Source: an uncultured Gemmatimonadales bacterium (GTDB lineage Bacteria > Gemmatimonadota > Gemmatimonadetes > Gemmatimonadales > GWC2-71-9). Taken from it: 64,000 nucleotides of DNA. Location of the stretch: positions 15,645 through 79,644 of the forward strand of contig CAWEWK010000006.1 of the NCBI GenBank assembly GCA_963812755.1, written 5' to 3'. Positions 56,399 through 64,000 of this stretch are shown piece by piece. Numbering within the stretch: position 1 is the first letter of the stretch; every line of letters starts with the position of its first letter. Under the pieces are notes generated by a model that made no database searches, was not told the DNA's origin, and saw only the letters and a program-made list of their open reading frames with translations. Position numbers and translations under genes: made by a program.

Positions 56399-56834
56399 AT
56401 GGTTGACTGCCGACCTTCCGTTGCGCGATCATCTTTCGGGTGAACCGCTCGCCATCAACCGTGAGCTGGTAGTAGTAGATCCCCGAAGTCGCCTCACGAT
56501 TGCCGTCGAGATATCTGCCATCCCAGTACGCCCGATATTCACCACACCGTAACCGCAGACTGTCCAACCGCTCGGCCGATCCATTGGCCAATACCGGAAT
56601 CGCGACCACCTGCACCAGCACGTTGTAGACCTTCAGGCTTACGACCGGCTGATGACCCCCGGCACAAACTTCTTTCGAGATGGCGAACGGGATCGTCGTC
56701 GCCGGGAAAAACGGATTGGGGTAGTTCTCCTTCAGCTCGATGCGGGGAGGGATCACGTTCGCTTGTGCCGCCACCGGAGAGCCGGCCCCCACCAGAAGCA
56801 CGAGCCACCACCCCGGCCTCGCAACGCGGACCAT
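56397..56834 (-). CDS. signal peptide plus T9SS type-A sorting / FlgD-Ig-like C-terminal domain only (145 aa)
   Basis: Signal peptide WWLVLLVGAGSPVAAQA, then LKENYPNPFFPATTIPFAI ... VSLKVYNVLVQVV ... YRAYWDGRYLDGNREATSGIYYYQLTVDGERFTRKMI. This matches the NYPNPFNP...VYD...WDG...SGVYFY...KM consensus. Confidence 0.75.
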   Translation of the reverse strand: MVRVARPGWWLVLLVGAGSPVAAQANVIPPRIELKENYPNPFFPATTIPFAISKEVCAGGHQPVVSLKVYNVLVQVVAIPVLANGSAERLDSLRLRCGEYRAYWDGRYLDGNREATSGIYYYQLTVDGERFTRKMIAQRKVGSQP

Positions 56835-56932
56835 GGGCGCTCCTCTTCATACGAAATGTCGAACGGTGGGCACCTCCAAGATGGTGGAACGAAGGCGATG
56901 CAACGTTAAAGATGGCTGGGGTTTGGGTAGAG

Positions 56933-58772
56933 TCAAGTTATCAAGCGCCGAGCCTCACCCACTCGTTGGGTGACACCCTTGGCGTCGGCCCACTCGAGCA
57001 GCGGGATCAGAAACTTCCGGCTGATTCCCAGCCGGTCGCGCAATGCCGCCGGAACGATCTCCGCCCTCAGCCCCACTTCCCGCAGAGCTTCCACGAAGCG
57101 ATCCAGTGCCCCCCTGGCGTAATATCGGTCCCGCTCCACCGCCTCCACCCGCCCGCTGGCCGCCGCCAGGCGCAGCAGTGCGCCCAAGTCGCGTCTTCCG
57201 GTCGAGCGCTCCAGCTCCGCCACACTCGGCGGAGTGAGCTGGGCCGCTTCCAGCAGCTCCACGATCCGGTCGATTTCCGCTTGTCCGCCCTCGACCCGGG
57301 GGGCGAAACCGGCCAGTGCCGCAACCCCGTCCCCGACCCGCACTCGTCCCTTCTTGCCGAGGTCGCCCAGAGCAGCATCGACCATCTCCACCGGCGCGGT
57401 GAAGGAGTGTCGCAGAGTTTCCAACGGCATTCCACGGTCGCTGATATGAGCCCGGTGAAACCGGCGCACCTGGTCGAGTATGCGTTCCTCGATGCGCTCC
57501 AGAGTTACCGCTGCAACCCACCGATCGCCCACTAGGCGGAGATCGGCCGCTTGCCTGGCGAGCTGACTGGCGGCAGCCGCGGGAATGCCGACCAGCACCG
57601 GCAACATCAACTCGCGAATGCCGTCGGGCCGCCGATCCAGCAGCGCCTTCAGCCGAGTTGCCGGGTCGGTGGAGGCCAGCTCGGGCGACCAGGTCGTTCG
57701 CCGCGCCGGAGGCGCCGGATCCAGCACCCGTCCGCCGCCGATGGTGACGACCGGGCTGTAACTGCGAAGCACGAATCGATCGCCCCCGCGGGCAACCAAA
57801 GGGGTTTCGAGAGCCAGACGCGCCAGGCCTCGCCCGCCGGGGGGGATCGGCTGGCGAGGCTGGATTCGGGCCATCACCTCGGCGGTGCCGAGATGCACCC
57901 GAACTCTGGTCCGCGAGGCGAGCGCACGGGGTGCGGTAGACTCGAGTGACAGCTCGGCATCGAGTGCGCGAGTGATCAGCCAAGGCGCGCCATCCGCAAC
58001 CAGCACCGTCCCCCGTCGGGCAGCCGATCGCTCCAATCCCGCGACACCCACGGCCGTTCGCGATCCGGGCTCGCTGCGCCCGACCGCCGATCCATGGATT
58101 TCAATCGACCGGACTTTCCCGCGTTCACCGTCGGGCAACAGCACTACGGCGTCCCCTACCCCGATTCGGCCGGACCAGGCGGTCCCGGTCACCACGGTGC
58201 CCACGCCCGGCCACCGAGAAGGCTCGGTCCACCGGCAGTCGGAAGAGATCACCGTTCGGCCTTACAGTCACCGCGCCGGCGCGAGCGACCAGACGGTCGC
58301 GGAGGGCCGGGATCCCCTCCCCGGTTCGCGCCGACACCACCAGGGGCGGCTCGAACTCGATCGGCGAGTCCGCCAGCCGCTCGGCAACCTCCGCCCGGAT
58401 GAGCTCGAGCCACTCCGGGTCCACCAGATCGGCCTTGGTCACCACCGGGATGCCCACCCCGATGCCAAGCTGCTCCAGGATCGCCAGATGCTCCTCGGTC
58501 TGTGGCATGATCCCTTCATCAGCAGCCACCACCAGCAACGCCAGATCAATGCCCGATGCCCCTGCTACCATGGTTCGCACAAAGTCTTCGTGCCCCGGGA
58601 CGTCCACCACGCCCGCGATCCGTCCCTCGCCCAAGTCCAGGGGAGCGAAGTTGAGATCGATGGTAATTCCCCGCCGCCGCTCCTCGGCCAGGCGATCCAT
58701 GGCACGCCCGGTGAGTGCGGTCACCAGCGCAGACTTTCCGTGATCGATGTGCCCCGCGGTGCCGATGATCAT
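56933..58772 (-). pseudogene. selB: selenocysteine-specific elongation factor SelB, interrupted by a 1-nt frameshift near 58205..58209
   Basis: ORF 58125..59066 carries the GTPase domain ([21 protein letters not shown]) up to [16 protein letters not shown] 56933..58252, in another frame, continues with [18 protein letters not shown] and the C-terminal winged-helix domains. ATG 58772 overlaps the recO stop (ATGA). Confidence 0.8.
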
Positions 58773-59530
58773 GCGGCCGCCCAGGGACGCCGCATCCAGA
58801 AATCCAGCGCCGGCAGCTCTGCGCCTTCCCCCAGGTGATACCGGATGTAACGGGTGAGCAGCCGGCGGTGTGCCGCGGCGTGGCGGCGGTCCAGGGTGGG
58901 AAGATCGGCTTGTGGGTCGAGCAGGGCGGATAAGTCGGCCCTGGCACGATCGGGGAGGACGCTGGCTCCATGTTGCGCCGCGCAGGTAGGGCACAGTGCG
59001 CCCCCCTCCTTGGTACTGAAGGGGAGCGGCCCGGCGGGAGGCAATGGGGTGGCATCCCTGACGCACGAGTTCAGTGAGGGAGCGAAGCCCAAGACGGAGA
59101 CGAGTTGCCAGAGGGCCCGAAAGCCGACGGATTCGATCTCAGCTGCCGGCGCGACTTCCAGCCCGCGAAGCGCGTCACGGAAGAGATCGTAGCTCTCGGG
59201 GTGGGAGTCGGCCGGGGCGAAGTGAAGCATCACCTCCGCCAGCGCGGACGCCGTGGCGTAGCGCTCGACGTTCTCCGGCAGCCCGGCGGGCAGATGGACC
59301 AGATCAAACGCGGCGAGGATGTGAAGCTCGCGATGCTCCTTCATGAGGAGCTGCGCCTGTCCTTCGCTCAGCAGTTGCAGCGCCGCGCCGAACCGGCTGC
59401 GGGGACGCAGGGCCCCCTTGGCGATGGCGCTCTGCACTCCTAATTCCCGGGTGGCGAGCCGCACGATCTTGGAGGTCTCGCTGTACCGCAGCGCGGAAAG
59501 AACGATGGCGGGCGTGGAAAGAAGGGTCAT
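58769..59530 (-). CDS. recO: DNA repair protein RecO
   Basis: PAIVLSALRYSETSKIVRLATRELGVQSAIAKGA (OB-fold N-terminus) and a C-terminal Cys cluster (CVRD..CPTC). Confidence 0.88.
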   Translation of the reverse strand: MTLLSTPAIVLSALRYSETSKIVRLATRELGVQSAIAKGALRPRSRFGAALQLLSEGQAQLLMKEHRELHILAAFDLVHLPAGLPENVERYATASALAEVMLHFAPADSHPESYDLFRDALRGLEVAPAAEIESVGFRALWQLVSVLGFAPSLNSCVRDATPLPPAGPLPFSTKEGGALCPTCAAQHGASVLPDRARADLSALLDPQADLPTLDRRHAAAHRRLLTRYIRYHLGEGAELPALDFWMRRPWAAA

Positions 59531-59547
59531 GGTTTGATCACCAACAT

Positions 59548-60633
59548 CTAGCGATCAACGACCTCCTCAGGCGGAATCTCCACAACGATAGCTCCCGAGG
59601 CGCATTCTCCCAGCGGAATGGTGCGCTGTTCCTCGAGGTCGGGGTCCAGGACGTGGAGGGTACCGGGCTGAGAGCCCTGGCAGGAGCCCGATTCGATGGC
59701 ATAGACTCGGCGCCGGCTATCCACGGCGACCGACGCGTTGGTCGGCACGCCCAGCCCCTCCCCCGCCCCACGCACCACTCGGTTGCTGTCGGTATTGAAC
59801 TCCATCAGCCCTTCCGTGGGCGAGCTCACGAAGATTCGAGCTTCACCATCGGAGGCCACGGCACCCGGTGCGTTGCCGAACCCGGAGAAGCTGGCCACCT
59901 CGGTGCGGGCGACCGGATCCACGATCGAAAGCCGACCCTCACCCACATCCGATCTACCGGTACTCATCACGTACAGCAGACCGTCGCCACCCACCGTCGC
60001 GGAGAGGGCGTTTCCCGGCCCGGTGAGCGCGATCGAATCGATCCCGGAGGCACGAGCGTTGGTGACCGGCTCGATCACCGTGAGCCAGCTCGGCCCCACC
60101 GGCTCGAGGGATTCGTCGAGATTGCCATTTAGCACGAAGACCCGGCCTCTGGTGAACACCACTCCTTGCGGATGCTGGCCCACCGGGATCTCCGAGGTAA
60201 TGCCGGTGAGCAGATTCACCCGGGAAACCGTATTGAGATTCGGGTTGGCGACATACGCAATCGAGTCCTCCACCACCGCCGACCCGGTGGCGCCGGAATT
60301 CTCCGGGAGAGGGATTCGTCGAAGTACGGTACGGGTCCGGAGGTCGACCACGTCCACTGCATCGTCCACGCCGAGCGGGACGACCGCAATACCGGCCCGA
60401 GCGGAGACCCCTTCCGCCGTGGGACTGGTGCCGCCGAGGAGAACCTGCACCGCGGTCCCGGGAGCTTCGACCGGGATGACGCTCAGCGTATTCCCGGTCC
60501 GGTTCACGACCAGCAGGACTTCTTCCGGGTCCGGAAGCGGTGCGTTGGCGTCGGCGCAGCCCAACAGCGGTAGGGGTCCGAGAAGCAGGCCCAGAAGCAT
60601 CGAGGCGGGAACCGCGAGAGGATGGTGGCGCAT
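59548..60633 (-). CDS. YncE-like beta-propeller lipoprotein
   Basis: Lipobox LPLLGCAD. Repeated strands of the form xYVANxxxNTVSVI (LLVVNRTGNTLSVIPV, AYVANPNLNTVSRVNL, VFVLNGNLD, LYVMSTG). The last gene of the riboswitch-controlled array. Confidence 0.75.
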   Translation of the reverse strand: MRHHPLAVPASMLLGLLLGPLPLLGCADANAPLPDPEEVLLVVNRTGNTLSVIPVEAPGTAVQVLLGGTSPTAEGVSARAGIAVVPLGVDDAVDVVDLRTRTVLRRIPLPENSGATGSAVVEDSIAYVANPNLNTVSRVNLLTGITSEIPVGQHPQGVVFTRGRVFVLNGNLDESLEPVGPSWLTVIEPVTNARASGIDSIALTGPGNALSATVGGDGLLYVMSTGRSDVGEGRLSIVDPVARTEVASFSGFGNAPGAVASDGEARIFVSSPTEGLMEFNTDSNRVVRGAGEGLGVPTNASVAVDSRRRVYAIESGSCQGSQPGTLHVLDPDLEEQRTIPLGECASGAIVVEIPPEEVVDR

Positions 60634-60649
60634 GGTTGTGGGACTAAAC

Positions 60650-61471
60650 TTAACCGCAGACTGTCACTCGGGTTGCTGCTCCTGCGGTAGCCTCACCCGG
60701 CCGTAACGGGACCACTTGGGGCGAGCCGTCGTACCAGGTCGTGACTGCCACCGGCCACTGAAAGACCTGGGTCAACAGGTCGCGCCGCAGCACTTCGACC
60801 GGAGCACCCTCCGCCAGGACCACACCGCCACTCAGGAGCACGATCCGGTCGGCAAACCGGGCGGCGAGATTCAGGTGATGGGTGATGACCATGCCCGCCA
60901 GTCCGCCGTCTACCAGTTGCCGGGTGAGCTCGAACAACTCCATCTCGTGGCGCACATCAAGCGAGGCAGTGGGCTCGTCCAGGACCAATACCTCGGGCTC
61001 CTGAGCCAGCGCACGGGCGATTCGCACCCGTTGCCATTCGCCGCCCGAGAGCGAGTCGATCGAGCGATCCGCGAGATCGGTCACGTCGCATCGCCGGAGG
61101 GCCGACTCAACCGCCGCCCGATCTGCCGGACCCGGTGCCGCGAGTGGCCCTAGCCTCGCGTAGCGACCGAGCATTACCGTCTCGGCGACCCGAAGGGGAA
61201 AGACGATCTCCTCTCGCTGGGGAACTACGCCGAGGACCCGGGCCAGCGCTCCGCGGCGCCAGTCCCGTACCGGCTTTCCCTGAATCAGGACCGAGCCGGC
61301 CTCCACCGGCACCAATCCCGAGACCGCTCGCACCAGCGTCGTCTTGCCGCTTCCATTGGGACCCACCACCGCCACCAGCTTGGCCTGCGCGACCCCACAA
61401 CTCACCCGCTCCAGCGCGGCGCGGCCGGCTCCCCGATACCGCACGGTGACCCCTTGAAGCTCGACGATCAC
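60650..61471 (-). CDS. btuD: ABC transporter ATP-binding protein (iron-siderophore/cobalamin type)
   Basis: Walker A GPNGSGKTT, signature LSGGEWQRV, Walker B LVLDEPT. The 489-aa ORF is trimmed to GTG 61471, which overlaps the permease stop (GTGA). The symbol is assigned from riboswitch context. Confidence 0.8.
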   Translation of the reverse strand: MIVELQGVTVRYRGAGRAALERVSCGVAQAKLVAVVGPNGSGKTTLVRAVSGLVPVEAGSVLIQGKPVRDWRRGALARVLGVVPQREEIVFPLRVAETVMLGRYARLGPLAAPGPADRAAVESALRRCDVTDLADRSIDSLSGGEWQRVRIARALAQEPEVLVLDEPTASLDVRHEMELFELTRQLVDGGLAGMVITHHLNLAARFADRIVLLSGGVVLAEGAPVEVLRRDLLTQVFQWPVAVTTWYDGSPQVVPLRPGEATAGAATRVTVCG

Positions 61472-62442
61472 GCCATCGTCCTGCGGAGCAGCAAGGCGAA
61501 CAGGGGCACACCGACCAGCGCGGTTATGACTCCGACCGGCAGCTCCAGGGGCCGCACCACGGTGCGAGACACGACGTCGCAGAGCACCAGAAAGGAGCCT
61601 CCGACCAAGAACACCGCCGGCAGCAGGGCCCGGTGGAGCGGCCGGGCCACGGTGCGCACCGCGTGCGGTACCACCAGGCCGACGAATCCGATGATTCCGC
61701 AGGCCGCAACGCTGGCGGCGGTGAGCAGCGCGGTGCACAGATAGACCAGCCGGCGGGTCCGCTCCACCTCGGCTCCGAGATGGTAGGCCGGCTCTTCGCC
61801 CAGGGCGATGAGATCGAGTGCCCGGGCGTTGAGCCCGATCGCCGCGAGCGGGAGTACCGCGTACGCTGCGAAGACGCTGAGCGACTGCCAGGAGGCCGCC
61901 CCGAATCCGCCCAACAACCAGAGAAACGCATTGCGTACTCCGGAGGCATCGGAAAGCACGATGATCGCACTCATCAGCGCGCCGGCGAAGGAGCCCACCA
62001 CTACGCCGGAGAGGAGCAGCACGCGCGGGTCGAGCCGGCGTCCCGCAACCACGCTGAGACGATAGACCAGGGCGATGGATGCCAGCGCGCCTACGAACGC
62101 CGCCACCGGCACGGCCCACGGCCCGCCTGCCCGGGACGCGATGGCGATGACCGCTCCCAGCCCTGCTCCCCCGGAGAGGCCGAGGAGGAACGGCTCCGCC
62201 AAGGGATTGCGGATCATGGCCTGGAGCGCCGTGCCACAGACCGCCAGGCTCCCGCCTACCAGGAAGGCGAGCAGAACCCGGGGAGCTCGAAGGTCGCGAA
62301 CGATGACGGCCGCGCTCGCGTCACTCCGCAGCAGGCCGTCCCAGACTTCGGAGAGAGAGAGCGGAACCGAGCCGGCGGCGAGCCCCACCAGCATGCAGGC
62401 GATGACCAGGAGTGCCAGCAACAGCGGCTGGAGCCGTCTCAT
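61468..62442 (-). CDS. btuC: FecCD-family ABC permease
   Basis: About 9-10 TM segments. RDLRAPRVLLAFLVGGSLAVCGTALQ is typical FecCD/BtuC. ATG 62442 overlaps the binding-protein stop (ATGA). Confidence 0.8.
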   Translation of the reverse strand: MRRLQPLLLALLVIACMLVGLAAGSVPLSLSEVWDGLLRSDASAAVIVRDLRAPRVLLAFLVGGSLAVCGTALQAMIRNPLAEPFLLGLSGGAGLGAVIAIASRAGGPWAVPVAAFVGALASIALVYRLSVVAGRRLDPRVLLLSGVVVGSFAGALMSAIIVLSDASGVRNAFLWLLGGFGAASWQSLSVFAAYAVLPLAAIGLNARALDLIALGEEPAYHLGAEVERTRRLVYLCTALLTAASVAACGIIGFVGLVVPHAVRTVARPLHRALLPAVFLVGGSFLVLCDVVSRTVVRPLELPVGVITALVGVPLFALLLRRTMA

Positions 62443-63311
62443 CCGCCGCCCCCGAGCCGGCGCGCCAACTCCCGGATAGCGGCCGGAGATCGGGGGCCGG
62501 GCCGTTCGAATTGGGAACCGGTCACGTTGAGGAAGCGCCGCTCGCGTACCGCCTGGACCACCCGCCACTCGGGTCGCCCGGCAAACGCGGGGGGCGAGGC
62601 GCTGGTGGTGAAGATCAGGTCGGGGTCGCGGGCGGCAACGGCCTCGATACTGATGACCCCCGCGGACGCCGCTACGTCGGCAAACAGGTTTTCCCCACCG
62701 GCTCTCTGGACCAACTCGTGAAGAAAACTGCCGGCTCCGATCGTCATGGGCGGCTGCTCCCACACCAGAAGGAGCACCTTCGGCCGGTGACCACCCGCGG
62801 GTACCGTTGCCGAGGCGAGCGCGGTATCGAACGCCGCGCTCATCGAGTCAGCGGTGCGCCGGTGGCCGGTCAGCCCTCCGAGCAGGCGGGCTACCCGCCC
62901 GACGTCACTCAGCGCGTCGGTATTGAGTCGTACCGCGGGAATTCCCAGATCGCGCAGCCGGCGGGCCACGCCGGCATGCTGCGCCGAGTTGTAGAGCACC
63001 ACCAGATCCGGCTTGGCGGCGAGCACGGCTTCCACGTTGGGGTTGATCCCGTCACCCAGATTAGGCACCGCCGCGGCCGCAGCCGGATAGTCGCACCACT
63101 CGGTCCGGCCAACCAGTGAGGGTCCCGCGCCGATCGCGAAGAGCAGCTCGGTGGATGCGGGAATGAGGGAGACGATCCGTCGGGCGGGAACGGTGACGGC
63201 CACGGTATCACCGGCATCGTCGACCAGACGAACCGGTCGAGACGCGGCGGGCTGGCCTCGGCAGGCCAGCGCCAGAAACACGAGGACACCGATTGGGATC
63301 AAACGTCCCAT
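62439..63311 (-). CDS. btuF: periplasmic cobalamin/siderophore-type substrate-binding protein
   Basis: Signal peptide, then RIVSLIPASTELLFAIGAGPSLVGRTEWCDYP (BtuF-like). ORF trimmed to ATG 63311, directly downstream of a cobalamin riboswitch. Confidence 0.8.
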   Translation of the reverse strand: MGRLIPIGVLVFLALACRGQPAASRPVRLVDDAGDTVAVTVPARRIVSLIPASTELLFAIGAGPSLVGRTEWCDYPAAAAAVPNLGDGINPNVEAVLAAKPDLVVLYNSAQHAGVARRLRDLGIPAVRLNTDALSDVGRVARLLGGLTGHRRTADSMSAAFDTALASATVPAGGHRPKVLLLVWEQPPMTIGAGSFLHELVQRAGGENLFADVAASAGVISIEAVAARDPDLIFTTSASPPAFAGRPEWRVVQAVRERRFLNVTGSQFERPGPRSPAAIRELARRLGGGG

Positions 63312-63341
63312 CGTTCCCTCCCCCGAGGGCGCGGATGGTGG

Positions 63342-63497
63342 CACGAACGGAGAGGTCTCCTGGCTTCGGGCCTCCGCTCGCCTTCCCGGTTGCCCAGTGG
63401 CTCGTGAGCGGAGTGTATGCCGCGAGTCGCGGCACTGCCCATTACAGTGGCGGGGCCGCGCCGGCTTTACACCGGCTTCCGAGCGTCCCCGTTCGTG
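63342..63497 (-). promoter_or_regulatory. cobalamin (B12) riboswitch
   Basis: Minus-strand read: P1 5' strand CACGAACGG, then GGACGCTCGGAAGCCGGTGTAAAGCCGGCGCGGCCCCGCCACTGTAATGGG ... GAGCCACTGGGCAACCGGGAAGGCG ... GAAGCCAGGAGACCTCT, then P1 3' strand CCGTTCGTG. It contains the conserved GGTG..AA..CC core, GCCACTG and the AGCCAGGAGACCT B12-box region. Confidence 0.88.
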
Positions 63498-63525
63498 GGT
63501 CTTCGATTGTACGGCCGCGGCAAGT

Positions 63526-63990
63526 TTAGGATGGGCGGGAGGACCCCGCAAGAGAAGCCTCCAGCACAGCCTTGAGCCGCTCACGCTCTTTCCGGTATCG
63601 GGCCCATTCCTCAGGCGGGGTTTCGTCCTCCTTCCCGCCGTAGCGAAGATCGAGCGCCGCGATGCTGCCGATGAGCGAATCGATCGACGCTGCGGGCGCC
63701 GGCGAGACAGGCCTGGTACCGCCCCCCCACGCCTTCCAGCCGGCCAGCACCAGCACCAGCGCCAGGGTGGCGACCAATCCGGCCAGCAGGGAGAACGGAG
63801 CCCGTCCGGCTGTGGGGAGCAGCAGCCGGATGGTTGCGCCGGGGGCGGGCTCGCCCGACCATCGGCGAAACCAGCGCTGCTCGATCAGTTGGCTATCGGC
63901 CAGCGTGAGCGCGGGGCCCACGACCTTCACCTCCGGCTCCTCGATCAGGAGGTTGAGTGTCCCGGTCCCGGCGGGCGTCGGAAAGTCCAC
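63526..63990 (-). CDS. hypothetical membrane-anchored protein (possibly N-terminally truncated by the window edge)
   Basis: One TM (FSLLAGLVATLALVLVLAGW) followed by a charged helical tail (EEWARYRKERERLKAVLE). The frame stays open toward the window end, so the true start may lie beyond 64000. Confidence 0.45.
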   Translation of the reverse strand: MDFPTPAGTGTLNLLIEEPEVKVVGPALTLADSQLIEQRWFRRWSGEPAPGATIRLLLPTAGRAPFSLLAGLVATLALVLVLAGWKAWGGGTRPVSPAPAASIDSLIGSIAALDLRYGGKEDETPPEEWARYRKERERLKAVLEASLAGSSRPS

Positions 63991-64000
63991 CGCGTCGCAG

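Overview
This is a high-GC bacterial chromosomal segment of about 65 genes. Roughly 60 of them lie on the minus strand in long, tightly packed arrays, and many start codons overlap the preceding stop as ATGA or GTGA. Gene content is mostly housekeeping: rplU-rpmA, coaX, birA, uppP, bshA, miaA, mutL, a MoxR/DUF58/BatA-E aerotolerance-type operon, rluB, scpAB, rpsT, pyrR-pyrB-pyrC, type III glutamine synthetase, cysK, tadA, clpB, recO and two tRNA-Ser genes. Content such as BshA, the Bat operon, a T9SS-type/FlgD-Ig C-terminal domain, GS type III and CarboxypepD_reg-TonB receptors suggests Gemmatimonadota or a related FCB-group lineage. That placement is inference only. I found no rRNA, CRISPR array, transposase, integrase or prophage genes. 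Many of the longest ORFs in the six-frame track are high-GC artefacts, either upstream read-through or antisense ORFs, so I trimmed starts using neighbouring stops, homology onset and RBS. No clear novel multi-gene system stands out. These are the observations most worth a second look:
1. A secreted 346-aa protein carries a His/Met ligand pattern and spacing that mirror the PHM/DBH copper monooxygenase core.
2. A dispersed intergenic repeat family built from GCTATC(A/G) heptads sits at four gene 3' ends. At one locus it forms a 23-bp perfect inverted repeat around an inner terminator hairpin.
3. selB is split by a 1-nt frameshift.
4. A tandem cupredoxin-like gene is disrupted at a G6 run.
5. 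A cobalamin-riboswitch-controlled btuFCD-like operon ends in a beta-propeller lipoprotein, a possible BtuG-like B12 binder.
6. A protein consists only of a signal peptide plus a T9SS-type C-terminal sorting/FlgD-Ig domain, with no cargo.
7. A small His/Cys-rich secreted protein sits ahead of a TonB-dependent receptor and a BNR lipoprotein.
All family assignments come from motif recognition by eye. No database search was run.
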